A DNA stretch of 64,000 bases from a virus (taxonomy: Duplodnaviria; Caudoviricetes): IMG/VR virus record IMGVR_UViG_3300032030_000047, positions 23,624-87,623 of that record, one strand, 5' to 3'. The notes beneath the pieces are model-generated. The model saw nothing but the letters and a program-made list of their open reading frames with translations, made no database searches and had not been told where the DNA came from. Numbering within the stretch: the stretch's first letter is position 1; each line of letters starts with the position of its first letter. Shown here piece by piece: positions 16,168-31,012 of the stretch. The position numbers and the translations under genes are program-made.

Positions 16168-17808
16168 TCACCTCAATCGTATCCAAATCCTTCCGTTTAC
16201 TTTCACGCGTCCTTCGCCCCATTCTTCGTAGGTAGGAATCTCAGAAATTGTACCAATAATACAAGAAGGATAATTACGCTCTTCCCAAGGAGTCATAAGA
16301 GATACGGTACCATTAGGGCCAGAGCATACGGCACATCCAATATGCTTTTTTAATTTCTATAAGTCTTCATATGGATAGGCTAACACTCTTCCACTTACTG
16401 CAACTGGGGTGTTATATCCCTAAGAATGATTTTCTCCTATTGCAAAACCAAATGTATCAGAAATAATTTCGCATCCACGCTATAGGCGCTTAGTTGTTAA
16501 GGCTAACATTCCATTGCCGAGTTCTCTGATGCAACGACCTGGCTCTTGACGTTTTCTTTCCCATTTATTATCTTTCCTATATTCAGCATAATCATTCCAA
16601 GCCGCGCCCATAAGTACATTACTGGTGCTGACATAAACATTAGTATTAAATACTGCTGCATCAGTATTACGAATAGCTTTGGTTGAACCGCTGATATAAA
16701 ATTTAGTATTATTAACTGGGGTCATAATACAACCCACATCACCCCAAGTAACATCTCGATTGTCATCGCTAAATTTAATTAAGGCTTGTCCAGTCGTACC
16801 TCCTACGGGGATTTCATAGAAGGGCTCAGAATATTGAAAAAATAATTGGCCTTCAGTACCCTCTACAGGTAAAGCATCACCATAGTCGATATTTTCTGTT
16901 CCATTTAAACCATTTACAGTCAATGCGCCCAACATCGTGTCACCGGCACGCTATACATAGTCTGAAGAGTTTTTAGTCGCCATACTTCCAAATGCACCCT
17001 AATTACAATAAGCTAAGTGAGAAGCATTTGAAGTTGTTTGATAACGACCATCCCAATAGGCTAGTAAATTAACAGTTGGAATATTAGTATTATTTGCCCA
17101 AGTAGAAGCAGCAGTAAGAGCATTAACAGTTGTCCTATTTTCAATTGCCCGAGTTGTAAAAGCAGCAGTAGTTGTATTACCGGACATAATTAATTGATTT
17201 GCAGTGAAACTATCTGCTCCAGTTCCTCCTAGCGATACTGGTAGTGTGCCAAATGTTAATGCCCCGTTAGTACTAGTCGCATAAGCCGCGCCTTTAGCAG
17301 TAGATTTCCATGTAGGCGCGGAAGTGCCGCCAGCTGATACTAATATCTGATTAGCAGTACCCGCACTAGTTGGAGCATATATTCCAGTTGCACGAGTCTA
17401 TGAAGCATTATTTACAGTTACAAGTCCATAATATACAGAGCGCTCCGTGGTAAGTCCTGTCCCAGTGCCTAATGCGCCATTAGTAGTAGCATCATCTACT
17501 CCGTATGTAACTGCGGCACCAAAAGCGCCTTTATTGCAATAAGCAAGATTAGATGAAGAAGCATTATATAAACCATTCCAATATGCTAAAGTATTTTTAG
17601 TTACTAAATGAATATCATTAGCGGCAGAAGTCCATTCTAAGTTACCTGACGATGTTTTATTATATATATTTCTGCTAATTAAGTTTTTATTAGCATCAGT
17701 AACTACTGCCTAAGAAGCTGTAAGACTAGAGATATTTTCATTAGTTGTATAAGTTGTATCCGTAACGCGCAAACTTCCTTGCACGATTGTCGATTTTAAG
17801 ATTGCCAT
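16168..17808 (-). CDS. Tail fibre protein with probable C-terminal chaperone-like domain (546 aa)
   Basis: Joins in-frame fragments; internal repeat LAYCNKGAFG / LAYCN*GAFG; AAWNDYAE...SDTFGFAIG C-terminus. Confidence 0.7.
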
Positions 17809-17948
17809 AAGTTCGCGCCTCCTATTATTTTAAAATAACAATAAGGAGCAGCACAGCTGACTCCTTATTGATTCAGTAGAGAGACGGCGCGAAGCATCGG
17901 CTCTCTACCAATTATATTATACTATATTTGGTTTTGAAATGTCAAGTA

Positions 17949-20450
17949 TTAGAGTTCTATAAATTCTGATGAGAGTAATTCAGAATTTTTTCTAATTTTC
18001 GCTTTGTCCATTTGTTCAATTATATCATAAAAATTAGCCTAGCCTTGTTTTGTAAACTAGGCCATATTAGATGTAATATCATATAATCGAAAATTAGTAA
18101 GATAAAGGTCAGTTCCTAATGTACCAGTACTAGTATAGCCCCAACCAAAAGTTAAGTGGCGATAACTTAAATAAGTTGTCCCTGCTACATAGGCTGAATA
18201 CGTAGTAGTACATGGTTTACTAATAGCGTCTGTTATTTTAAAAATATAGAAACAATCTTTTTCCCCATTAAAATCTGCTGGAATACCTTCATTTACAATC
18301 GTAGTTGGTGAAGGCTGAACACCGCCGCCACTCCAACCCATATTGTTAGTCCAGCCCCATGTAGTAGCATTAGAACTTTTTCCGCGAACGTGGAAAGTCG
18401 CGATATAAGTATGATTTTGCTATAAATGCCACCAATTATCTCGAGTGGTATCATAAGCTGCAACAGTATTTACAGATTGATTAACCAATTGAAGTCCGCC
18501 CCACATGGTATTACCGTTAGCAGATTGAGTAAGATTAGGCGGCCGATAAATATGATATCCTTCTTCTACTAAAGTAACTTGACAATTACTTTGAGTATAT
18601 CGGCTTAAGCCGTTAGTAAATTCTAACTTAGTTCGGCTTAACTCAGCAGGAAATAGAATATTATCTTGATGCTCGATAAATTCATATGCATGGGTACCAC
18701 CTTTATTATCAATTTTGGCACCAGTATGATATAGTTGGAGAATATCATCGGTCGGTAGGGCGGTTACATAGATGCGGAAATCACTTAATTCTCCAGAAGT
18801 AGTCCTGTGTGCACCGCCCGCTAAAGAATAGAATGGAAAAATATGGCTAAAAGATTTTAATGCTCCACTCTAATTAGCAGTAACTTTAGATACTCCATCT
18901 TTATAAAAAATTAATTGGCTTCCATTATATACTAAAGCATAGTGATGCCATTCATTTAGAGTTAAGTGGCTGCTAACATTGATACGCACGCAAGTGCCGC
19001 TAACATTGCAGCAATCAAAACAGGAATCACGCATATTAGCAGCAGTTGTATAATAATCAGTAGGAAGACTATTATTTGTAGTGCTAAAAATACCACTTGT
19101 CTGCAGACCCCAAGATGTTGGTTTCATCCACCAACTAAAAGTAAGCGCTGTAGATTCAGGAATATTACATTGTCCTGATAATAAATAATTAGATGAATTG
19201 GCTGCTTGATTATTTTTAATACAAGCATCATAGCGTGCAGATGTGGATGATAAAATTGCGGATGTATCATGTAATGTACCATGATGTCCATAACCGCTGC
19301 TATCAAAGACTGATGTTGGCATATAAGAATTATAATTATCGTCTAATGGAGAGGGACACCAAGCTGTTGGAGTAGAACTTTTTTCTAATTTAAAATTCTT
19401 AAAATAATAAGTGCCAACTAAACCACTAAAACCTAGATGCAACGATATATTACCATATCCAGTGCCAGGAGCAGCCCATGTACTAGTATAATAAACCTAT
19501 ATCCATTGGCCTAAAGTAAAGTTACCCTATAATCGTTTGTATCCATTGCCGCTATTAATAAATATAGTTGGTAAAGTAGTCCCTGATTCAACTTTAATTT
19601 CACATGATAATGTATAAGTATCTCCAACTGTAAGTTTTGCTCCTACATTATCATTACTATTTTTAGCAAATCCTATAGAAGCATAATTACCATTTCCAGA
19701 AGCAGCAATAATTTTTAAACTACCATCATCCATATATGTTCGTGTGATACCAGAAGCATTTCCTCCACTAGTGACTTTATGACTTTCTAATATAAAATTT
19801 TCACTACCATATAGAAAACCAATGGAATCTAACTTATAATGCAACACTAACCCCTAACTAATTTCCTTAACTTCGGCCGCAGAGAGGCAGTGCGAATATA
19901 CACGAAAATCATTAACATAACCTGTTAAAAATTCATTACCGCCTGGATGATCACAACCTATTTCTAAAAAGTTCGCGGAAGTAATATCTGTCACTGTTAC
20001 TCCCGCTTCTGCTAAGGTCTTACTAGTAACTTTAGTGCCATCTAAATATGTTGTGACAGTAGTATCATCTAAAGTGCAACATACATGGTGCCATACACTA
20101 GTATTGGCAATTGTGCCGCCGCTTACATATTTATAAGTGCTACCTCCTGCAAATTGCCATCCGGAAGTATAAAGTGTCATATGAGCTTGCCCAGGACCGC
20201 TATCATGTGAAATACCGCCAAGAGCGACTACAGTACCTGTGCTTTTAACCCATGCACAGACTGAAGTATTTTTTATTGTAGTCATTTCTTCTGGCATAGT
20301 CATTTTTATCCAAGTGCTTCCATTAAAGTAATAGCACTTTCCAATTTTACCACTATTATCTACTGTAGCACCATTATTAGTTACGGTAACGCCGCTACAT
20401 CCTATGTTATCTAATGTGCCATTAAGCGGCAACCATACCTATAAACTCAT
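17949..20450 (-). CDS. LamG/concanavalin-like and CBM-like multidomain tail protein (833 aa)
   Basis: MSL*VWLPLNG start; two LamG repeats (WHHV...YLDG...DFRVY and WHHY...YKDG...DFRIY); four track ORFs are in one frame. Confidence 0.8.
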
Positions 20451-20698
20451 ATTCTCCCACCTCCAATAGGGGTAATCCTAAAATGGGTTACCCCATTTTG
20501 CATCGTGTAGGAGGCTTTCATACAATCTATAAACATCTCCTCTAGTTCATCATCTTTATAAAGGGTGGCGAATGCAAGATTATCATTGGAAAGTTGCCAA
20601 TATATCTAAGAGTCATTACTCTAAATCTCGAATGTACTGTAATTTAAACGCACAAGGCCCTCAAGTTCAGTGCCATCGGCGAGTACAAGTTTATACAT
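20447..20698 (-). CDS. Hypothetical protein (83 aa, with TAG)
   Basis: ATGA overlap with the LamG gene; open with TAG=Gln. Confidence 0.6.
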
Positions 20699-20713
20699 TG
20701 AATATCACCATCC

Positions 20714-23700
20714 TTATGTAAATATGAAGTCAAGGGAAGAATCTGTCGTGTTGTATTGTAGTGTTACGTGAGAATTCACAGTATAAGTTGTAGCACTTAT
20801 CGCTCCACCTTTCATTGTAATACTAGTATCATGTAATAAAATTGTAGTCGCGCCACTCTTAACGCCGACTGGATAAATGGAATCAGAGGTATTGGCGGTA
20901 GTAGTTGCGTTCGTGGCATTTCCATTAAACGTAGTAGCATAAACAGTACTCCATTTTTTTGAATCAGTGCCCAATGTCATTGAAGCAGTTGGATACATTG
21001 CATCAGAGGTAACTTCCACTCCTTTTGTGGATGCGTCTAATTGCGGTCTTAAAACAACTTTTGTACCGTATATACCAATAATACCACTATTATCAGTACC
21101 TATACTTCCTTTTTTTGTGGTATTATACATAAACTAAATACCATTAGTATAAGCAGCGGATTGAGTGCTTATTTGTAATTTTGTACCAGTATTTGAACCA
21201 TCAAGGGCATAAGCATAATCTGTATAATTGGAGCTATCTAAAACTTTTCTCCAAGCTTGCCAAGTTCCATTATTTTTTCCTCGAACAGCAATTTGGCCAG
21301 TACGATAATCACCGTATATTTCATGTATCCAAGAATTATTATACTTTTCAACATAAGCAACACCATCACTCTAACTATATAAATCACTCCTATTAGTATC
21401 ACTTACATACCAAATACCAGTATCTAAATCATTAGTAATAGCTAAGGCCGTGGTAGCAGTAACATTTGTCCCGGCCATTCTATACGTAGTCTCAGCTGCA
21501 GCATTACCAGTAATATAAATTGGGCGGTCTGCGGCACCTTTATTCGTGTTAGATAAATAACTATGGGTGTGTGAAGAAGGAGCAAAGGTAGTAGGCTTAT
21601 TATTAATATTATCCCAATGAATCTTTAAATTATAAGTCCCTGCGTCTCCTTTTGCTATTGGATAACAATAAGGACTATAACTATTAGTACCAAATACATA
21701 AAATGCTGTATGATGTTTTCTAAAAGTACCATAACTATATTGTGGTAATTTTGTATTAGTATCTACTGCTGAGGTATTATAAATATATACTTCATAATAT
21801 CCATTACTATTAGGAGTTAAGCCGCCTTTAAAAATTCCTGCCTCATTAGGATAAGCAATACATAATTCTCTTAATAATGCCTTTAGCCATTCTTCGTCAC
21901 TATCGCTAGTAGTTAATTTATCTGTAGAGCCGACTTTAACTGTGTTAGTGCTTACTAGTAATGGACATAACCGTATTTTAGGATTTCCACTTGATCCATA
22001 TATTTTATTAATAAAAAGGCTATCCCACGCTGTTCCACTAGCACCTAAAGTTCTCGTATTAGTCGCTTCTGGAACTAGATTACCAGTAATAGTTACCTAT
22101 CCATGTTTAAAATTTGCTACCTATGTTCCAGTAGTAGCACGAATAGTATCCCAAGTGCCTGAAGTCGCAGAAGTATATACTTGTATATCAACTTCTCCAG
22201 AAAATAACCTGATTCTATCTGGGCCGGAACCAGCAGCAGCATCATTACCATGAAATAATAATAGTTCTGATTGTTCGTTTGCTGCTGTTTTAGACCCGTA
22301 AATAGATTCACCTATATATGTATGATTAAAACTTCCTGGATTATCCCCATAAACTCCATAGAATGCAATATAATTGGTGCTACCAGAGTTAGCGGTAGCA
22401 TAACCTGTATTCGCGGCCGCATCGGCATTTCCAATACGTAGTGGACCTTGTATCCAAGTAGTATTAGTAAATAAGGAAGTACCATTTACATATAATTTAT
22501 AATTATTATTAGCTCCCCCAATACTAACATTTCCAGTTTTATATACTTTTAGCAAATTATCATTAGAATAAATTCCTAAAGAAACATAATTATCATTACT
22601 ATTATTTCCTACATAATGAAAATTAAGATATCCTGCGTTACCCGGATTCATGGCCTATCCAGCCATAACTCCAACAACATTGGCTCCAGAACTTAAATTT
22701 GGAACTGTTACAGTTGTACCCCACACATAGGCAGAAGATATAGTTGCAGATGTAGTTAATTTTAAAATTGCGGTTGAAGTACCAACAGAACTAGCTAATT
22801 CGTTAGACCAATTATTATCTCCTCTCCAGAACTTAGCAGCAGTATCAGTAGAAGAAACCCAATAACTTTCGTCTCCGCCTAACAGTTCCCACTTGCCTGC
22901 AGTACTCCATACATATTCACGGGCGGTATCTTTATCAATAACTACATCGCCGGCAGCTACAGTAGTAGCACTACCGCCTACTTTTGGATCTTCTGTGCCG
23001 CCATCAGTAATAGCAACTGTAGCAGCACCTAAAAACCGCATGGCTTTTGATAGTCCCAAAGATGTAACTAGCATCGATGCCGCCAAGCTGCCACCTAAGC
23101 TAACATCATTACCGGCAATTGTTACTTTAGAATTAGCTAATTTCCCATTAGCAATCGCTCCAGTAGCAATACGATCCATAGAAATAGTGCCGGTAAGTTG
23201 TCCAGCTGGAAGATTAGTAAGAGAAGCACCGGAACCGCTAAATAATTTACCAGTGATAGTACCGTCTGGAGCAATACGTAAGTTATTAGCGGATGAATAA
23301 TCATCTGCTCCAAGATACATATAAGTCATGGCATCGCCGCTGCCAGAGACACCTATGCGAGCAAATATATTATTGGCATTATCATACCAGTTAATATAAC
23401 CATGTGCCCAACCGCCACCATCAGAGTTCTTACGATTCATACGTAATCTAATGTCTTGTTCAGTAGGAAGAATTATAGTACCATTATCATCAATTTTAGT
23501 TTTACTATCCTAAACTTGCCCGGCGGTTCCATTAAATCGTACAATTGCTTCATCGGTAGAGGTAATTGCTTTTACAAAATATGATTCCGCTTTCTATGAG
23601 GCAGTTCCTAAGGCCGTCCCAGCCGCAAATTTGCTTCCATCCCAATATATTGGAGTTGTCGCTGCCCCGATTGCAGTTGTCCCTATTGCAGATTTGAGAG

Positions 23701-24571
23701 CATTAGCGGGAGTAATATAATAAATAAAATGATCAGATTCAATTGTCGCTAATTTTGCAGTAGAAGTTTTCGCTGTAGCGGCACTTGTATATAACCAAGT
23801 ACCTTTTATATATTTTCCTTCAAAATTGCTATCTGTTTTTAAGGTTCCACCATCATTGTATAAATAAGAAGTAGTTATTTTAGTATAATCAGATAACTTA
23901 GGAGAAGTACTTTCTGTAATAGCTGCCGTAGTAGTAATTGTTATAGTAGACCAATTTAAATTAATGGCAGTATCATCTACATATAAATTATCTATCCAAA
24001 TGCCATTATAAGTATTTGCGGTATTATTTACATATAAAACACCTGGTTCGGCTATTCTATAATATAGCCCAATTTTATTTGCTAAAGTCCCTTCTATGAG
24101 TGCTGCTTGCTAATCTACTGCCCATGCTCCATTATTAGCAGCACGTTTCCAATAAAAAGTTACATGGGCAACGCCTGATGGATTAGCACTATAACCGCCA
24201 CCAAAATGCAGATCAAAAGAATTCATAAACCATTGTGCAGATGAACCAGTAGTTACGGTAGAATAAGGAAATGTAATTTTATACCATTGTGAACGTTCTG
24301 CACTTGCTCCAATTAATGGATAAATTCTACTAGTAAATCTTAATGTTTTTTCGCCACCGATGGTCTATGCCCCTGTATTTATAATACCGCTCGCACTAGC
24401 ACTCGCATCAGCAATAGACCCTGTTAATGTATACGTAGTTCCGCTTTTACTACCACTTAAAGTAAGTGGAGCAGTGCCACTCGCGCTAATAGAACTAATT
24501 TTGTCCTTATCTTTTAAATCATAAACCTTATTATCGGGAGTTTTTATCTAACTAATATATCCATCAGCCAT
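20714..24571 (-). CDS. Long tail fibre protein (1,285 aa)
   Basis: MADGYIS*IKTPD parallels MADISQIKLPD; track ORFs ending at 23440, 22651 and 21130 are in frame; Thr/Ser/Gly/Ala-rich. Confidence 0.75.
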
Positions 24572-24588
24572 TCAGGCCACCTCCCTTA

Positions 24589-25716
24589 TTAAGTCGCTTT
24601 TGTTACAGTAACACTTGTTGTATTCAATAGTACTGTCTTTGAATCTTGCCCATCCCAAGCAATTGCAACATTAGTAGCCCTATCCGCAGCTACTTGTGTA
24701 TTCGCTGCAACAGTAGCTTGTCCAGTACCCCCAGTACTATTTGTACTCAAACTAATAGTTGGCTGAGTAATTGTAGGAGCTGGCAAACTAACTAAGGCTT
24801 TTGCAGTTTGCCCGCTACCACTAGTAGAAACTCCAGTAGCTATTGTTGCTCCATTAGTATCTGTATCAGCAAGTGAACCTGTAGCTACACGCGTTGCGGA
24901 AGTAGCGGCTTTAGGAACTGTTACAGAAGCAGTATCAATATTAACCTATTTGGTAGTCTATGTATCCATTGTTACTCCACCTAGAGTTAATAATTCATTC
25001 GATACGCTCCATCCTTTTATCCAAGCATCAGTACTAGTACTCGCAGTTCCAGTTCCTTTTGCAGTTGTCTAATCAGTTCCTGCAGAAACTTTAGATGCCG
25101 TTACAGAGCCACTTACTCCTGTTACAGTTGTAGTAACAAGTTTCTTAGTAGTAGCAGAAACGGATTTAACAAATGTATCTTTATTGTCGTCAGTGGGCGT
25201 ATATACTACGTTCGTGCCAGAGGCTGTACCCTTTACATAGGTAGTATTAGGAGTTACATTAAAAGCAGGCTACGTACTTACCTTTAATTTAGCGCTAGTC
25301 CCGACAACTGTCGCAGTCTTTTTATCTAATTCAACATTAGTTACAATATTGCCTAATTTAATACGAGTGTCTCCTAATTTTTCCCATGTGTATCTAGGAT
25401 TTGCGCCTGAACCATTATCTACCGTAACATATTCATTATATATATCAGAATCATCATCATCTGGTAATGTGGTTGATTTAACTAAATAGATTTTCCCTAA
25501 AGTGCTTGTATTAGTATTATTATTTGCGGCTAGCGTACCGGTATAAATTGTACTATTGTATGTAACTTGTATACCGGCTGGTATATTTGCTACAGTAGGC
25601 GCCGCTGCGCCATTCCAAGCTAATACAAAAATCCCATTTATCAACGAGCGTGCCGTTGTATCTTTTATATCATATGTATTACCATCAGGTAATTTAATTT
25701 GAGAAATATCTGCCAT
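24589..25716 (-). CDS. Tail fibre-like protein (375 aa)
   Basis: Joins the 148-aa and 65-aa fragments through TAGs; Thr-rich. Confidence 0.7.
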
Positions 25717-25730
25717 TCATATTCACTTCC

Positions 25731-26375
25731 TTATGAACGATTAAAGACGAGAATCTCTCCGTCTAGCTCGGTATTTATTTTGTTATTCCAAAAAGTACGT
25801 TCTTGGGCGGTAATATGTTTTACTTCATCATTAATATGATTATTTAATTCAGCGCGAACTGCGGCAATTACATCGTCTCCTACAAAAGGTAAGCTTGTTA
25901 CATAGGCAGAACCGTCACTGATTTTTATTCCGGGAACAACAATTGTAGTATTGTTATTTACATAAGAGCCACGATCGGTATAAACGCAAATAGTTCCTTC
26001 CGGGGCGACATAATTTGAATGGCTATTCCATTCCGCCGTAGTCCCAATCATTATATTTTTACCAGTAATATCTCCTACTAACTCCCATCTAGTACCGGTA
26101 TAAATAAATGTATAAATATTATTTTCTGATAACATATTTGCGCCAATTGCTGCTCCATTGTAATAAATAGCCTTCGCACCCGTGTTATTAACATTTAAAG
26201 TCGCATTCGCGCTAACAGTTCCTACTTTCAAATTGACATATACACCTGCCGCCAACTCAAAGTTATTAATTGCGGCGGTAAGTGCTGTACTTGTACCGCT
26301 CGCAATAGTAAATAAAATTGGCTCAATTAGGTGTGTACTATTATCATTTAACTATACAGAATGTATATATCCCAT
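25731..26375 (-). CDS. Tail fibre-like protein (214 aa)
   Basis: Start MGYIHSV*LND with GAGGT RBS; KIGDG-like KISDG motif. Confidence 0.65.
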
Positions 26376-26389
26376 TTACCTCACCACCA

Positions 26390-27466
26390 TTATGGAGTTG
26401 CGCTATTATCAGGTACAACTACCGTAGTTGGAGTTACAGTTAAAGTGGGTAAGGTTCCAAGATTAGTAATATTTGGTATTGACCTAGCTTCGTGTGTTAA
26501 ACTAGGTACTGTACTATTTACGAGCCGCAAAACGCCTTGATTTACAGTTGCGTTTGAAGCTGTGCCCGCATCCCAGTCGGTAATATCATCTGCTGTAATT
26601 GCGTCTCCAAGTTGCGGTAAAGCGCCTGGGTCCCATCCAGAAGAGCTACCGACGCTAGCTGTACTAGACTTTAACGCATAACTACCCTCATCACCTAGTA
26701 AAATCCAGTAAGAACTTGCGGCATTGTTACCTTTAGAATATACATATTCCTTAGCTCCTACTAATAATACATCGCCAGCAGCATAGTTCTCATAACTTGT
26801 TTGTGCATCAGGTAAAATTGGATGTCCTTCTCCATCTTGCACAGGAGTCTCTCCAATAAAGTGCATTGGTGTAGTTAAATCCTATAAGCCTTGCGCGATG
26901 TTATCTACATAGCTCTTTGTTGCTGCGCCCATCGCGGCAGTAGGATTACCATCTAGTATAACCGGGCCAGTAAATGTTCCACCGCTTTTTGGCATTGCTT
27001 CATCTGCTTTCTGCCCTTGCGCGGCAGTAGCAAATGCATTTGTATTCTAATATGCGGCAGAGCCTAGCCCATGTACTGCGGCTTCTTGTCCAGCAATTCT
27101 TACCGTACCATCTGTAACGCCATCTTGTACTAATATACTATGATTAGCATACCAATATGAATTATTGCCATCTTGTGCAAACGTAAAAGCAATAACATCA
27201 TCTGGCGCGCAAACACAATTTCCTTGAACCGGATATGCGTTTGTAGTACCAACTTGTAAAGTAACATTAGAAGTAACTAAATTACCATTTACAAAACGTA
27301 CTTGAACTGTGATGCCATTCATAAGAGCATCAAAGTCTGGCAAGGTAACTACTTTTGCGGCGGTATTTGCCGGAATATCCGCCCCACAGACACCATATAA
27401 TGTAGAACCAACTAATATCTAGCTGCCAGACTCTCCAATCTATACTTTACCAATATAGCTTGCCAT
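26390..27466 (-). CDS. Tail fibre-like protein (358 aa)
   Basis: Start MASYIGKV*IG; MHFIG...LLGDEGSYA module shared with 28042-29802. Confidence 0.7.
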
Positions 27467-27469
27467 TTA

Positions 27470-28009
27470 TTATTCCTCCTTAGTAACATCTGTTACTACC
27501 GTCTCTTTCTTCCAAAGTAGTTCTGGAAGCATTCCATTAGTAATTTTAAAGACATTATTTTCTATCGTGGCTGTGGTTGTAATACCCGGTAGCCAACTTA
27601 CTACACTTCCAATAGTTGTTTGCTTTACATCAAAATTAAAATTAGAAAGCTGCGTATATCCACTTGCCGCGGCATAGTGATATATTCGTTTGGTTGATAA
27701 GTCAACATATAACTTATCTTCAGAACCCGGTGACGGAAACGCTGCGAAGTTTTCCTTCTTAACAATTTCAGTCTCATTCCCATTTAGGGTTCCGGCATCT
27801 ATAAATGGGAGATTTACTACATTGGTACTCCCATCTCCAACCTTCAAACGAGAAAAAGGGTGAGTTGCGTCTGCACTATAGACGATCAACTCACCCTAAA
27901 GCGGTACGAAACCCGCAGACCCGTCCCTAGGACCGGCCTTATTCCAATTGGCTTCGGTATCGCTTTTCAACCGAATTCTCGTCTTTATAGTGTTATTTGC
28001 TGTTGCCAT
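27470..28009 (-). CDS. Mtd-N/hyaluronidase-N-like tail protein (179 aa)
   Basis: KTRIRLKSDTEANW...GE...LKVGDG motif. Confidence 0.7.
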
Positions 28010-28041
28010 ATAAAGACCTCCTTGCTATCATTCCAAGCAAG

Positions 28042-29802
28042 TTAAATAACTTCTGTGCTGCTGCCGCAGTCAAATACTATGTATGTATCTTGAGTTTGCT
28101 CTAAATCTGCTACATCACCAGTGACAGAAATTCGAGCAAGGTCTAATTTTTTTCCTATCTAGGTTACTTCTTGAATACCACCATGTCCATCAGGGACAAT
28201 CGCTCCTTCAAGCACATCTAGGTTTAATGCGGCCTAATCAAGAGTAATTTTAACCTATTTATTCGCATTAGGAATCTATTCATTTCCGTTAATAAATATC
28301 TATTCTATTTTATTAATATGTTCAGTATGTGGGTCAGAAGTAAGTGTAATTACCTTATTGTCATCAGGTGTAACTTCTTCACCATCTAGAATAATGCGTT
28401 CAATTTTATTAACTTGCGCTTCTGCTTCGATGCCGGCTAATTTGCTTTGTGCATCATCAGTAAACTCTGATATCTATAAATTAACGCTATTCGGTAAATT
28501 GTCTATAGTAGTAGGTCGAACTTCTTCACCATTTTTTAAAATATGTTCAATAGTGTTGCGCTATGCGCCCTCTTCTATATTATCTAATTTTGATTTTAAT
28601 TCATCGGTAAAATCATTAGATGTAAGAGTTTTTCCTTCAACCTTATCTACTTTTTCATCAAAACTTTCGGCCAAATGGGCAATTTTACTTTGAGCAATAT
28701 CTGCATCTGGATCAATATCAGCATCACGAATACTGCCTTTAACTGCATAACTACCCTCATCGCCGAGCAATCGCCACATTGCTCCTGTCCAAACATATTC
28801 TTTAGATTCAGATAAAATAACATCGCCAGGCTAAGCCTGCGAAAATACATATCCTCCAATACGTGGGTCTAATCCACTATTAGGAGTAATAGCAACGGTT
28901 GCCTCACCAATAAAGTGCATTGCGCCGGTAAGTCCAGCAGTTAAACCGTCTACATATTGTTTAATAACTCTATTTGGAACAAGCGCATTATTATTAGCTA
29001 TAGAGTCAGCAATTGGTAGAGTGTAAATTGGTTCTGTCCCATTACCAACTAACACCTGATCCGCGGGCAAACTATTTTTTCCAGTACCGCCCTGTTCTAC
29101 CGAAGCAACGCCACTCAAATCTTCAAACGCAGGCTAAGCTCGTTCAACTGTAACAATACCATTTTCTTCTGTTACTGCAGTAACAAACTAATGCGTGCGT
29201 GCGGCATCAGTATTATTCAACCGATTAATAAAATATTGAATTTGTTCATAAGTTCTATTAATAAGAGTAGGATAATCTTCTAAATTAGAACGTCCAATCC
29301 AATTTACGATTGTAGTTAAATCAGTTAAATCAATAAAAGTACTAGTGTCAATTATCCAAGGAGACTCCTCATTATTTTCCTTATAACGTAAATACCATTT
29401 ATCAATATTTTCTCCTGTGCCACGCACAAGTTGATAAATACGTGGAGCAATATTAACTTCTACGTCTCCGCTAACTAGGTTTTCTACAAAACTTTGAAGT
29501 CCTTGAATTTCTTGAGCTGTATATGTTGGTTTGCTTTCTTGTTTCGCCCAATTAAACACATCTGCAGCAATTGCTTGTACCCATGGTAATTCATGAAAAT
29601 AATGCTATCCATCACCAATTTTTATTCCAATTGCTGGCGGAGTATTCTCTGGCATACTATTTGAAAGCTAATCAATAACTCTATTACGAGGAAAGGCGCA
29701 AATAGCGGCTTCACCTAATAATAAAATCACATCGCTGTTCATCCATTGGCTATATGTACCATAGCGTAATCGTATTTTCGTTTCAAGTACATTTTCCGCC
29801 AT
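28042..29802 (-). CDS. Mtd-N-like tail fibre protein (586 aa)
   Basis: ETKIRLRYGTYSQW...GE...IKIGDG; three track fragments are in one frame. Confidence 0.7.
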
Positions 29803-29816
29803 TGCCTTTCACCTCC

Positions 29817-30542
29817 TTATGCTGTACCCCCATAGATAACTAATGTGTCCCCAGTTGGTACATATAATTTGGAGGTTGAAACTTGATTGAATGTCATAAA
29901 ACCAGTATTCTAAACTATAACGTAATCCTAATCTGTCATTACGTTCCCTTCATTATCTAGCGGAGCAGACTTAACACCACCTAAACGTATATTGGTTGCG
30001 ACCTCTAATGTGAAAGTACCGGAACCATCACCGGTTGCACCTACTATATCCCAAACGCCGTTGATAATCATATATTCATCATAATGACTACCATCGGTAG
30101 AAAGCATCATATATAATGTATTCTCATCCGCTTCTGCGGCCGCGGGCAACTCAGTAACAACTTCACGCTTTAAGTGATTGGCCGCAAGAATTTGTTCATC
30201 TACATATTGTTTATTAACAGCGTCTGTTGGCTCAACAGGCGGATTGGTAATTGTTAAATGTTCGATTGCATCTCCCGCAATAGCAGAAATAACTTCTAAA
30301 TTTTCTGTAAATTCATCGCTAAATGTCAATGAACCGTCTGACATTAGTTTGAAATAACGTGTATCTAATTTATTTAGGTAGGGTAAATGCGCCCAATCAC
30401 GAACGCCGTCACCTATCTTTATTAGAAAAGTATCAGACTCAAGCCCGTACTCACCAGCGGCAAGTACGGGATTTCTCGTAGTCCAATCGGCGGCTTCGTC
30501 ATGCCTAATTTGTAAAGTAACTTTTACTGTATTAGTTGCCAT
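29817..30542 (-). CDS. Mtd-N-like tail protein (241 aa)
   Basis: LQIRHDEAADWTTRNPVLAAGEYGLESDTFLIKIGDG. Confidence 0.75.
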
Positions 30543-31012
30543 TAGGCTTCGCCTCCATTCAAAATTGTATTCGTAATCAACATAGCATTTACGGGAATAT
30601 ATTCTCCATCCCAATAATATAAGATTTTATTATCAAGGTCAAAATATAACATATCCTCCGTTCCAACAGAAGGAAAATTATCAAAAGTTTCAAATAGAAT
30701 TTCTTGTCTGTTAGTTTCAAGATAGGTGCCAAAATATTTGTAGAACTCTTCGCGCGTGCCTTTGTAGCCGCTATTAGCCGCAAAGTTGAATAGCCAATCA
30801 CCCATAATGGCAAGATTTTGCATCTCCCATGGATAGATAGAGCTAATTGCGGAAGGATTCGGGAATGGCGGCATTACGCTGCCGCTATCATTATTATTAC
30901 CCCAAGGATATAAAACTGCTAAGCCTCCGGCGCGAGGATGCAGTGGCATTATTGTTGGCTCGTATTCCAATAATAAATCCCGGGTTCGATGCCGTGTATC
31001 TATATATCTCAT
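30542..31012 (-). CDS. Tail-module hypothetical protein
   Basis: Coupled to both neighbours; FPSVGTEDMLY repeat shared with 27470-28009. Confidence 0.65.
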   Translation of the reverse strand: MRYIDTRHRTRDLLLEYEPTIMPLHPRAGGLAVLYPWGNNNDSGSVMPPFPNPSAISSIYPWEMQNLAIMGDWLFNFAANSGYKGTREEFYKYFGTYLETNRQEILFETFDNFPSVGTEDMLYFDLDNKILYYWDGEYIPVNAMLITNTILNGGEA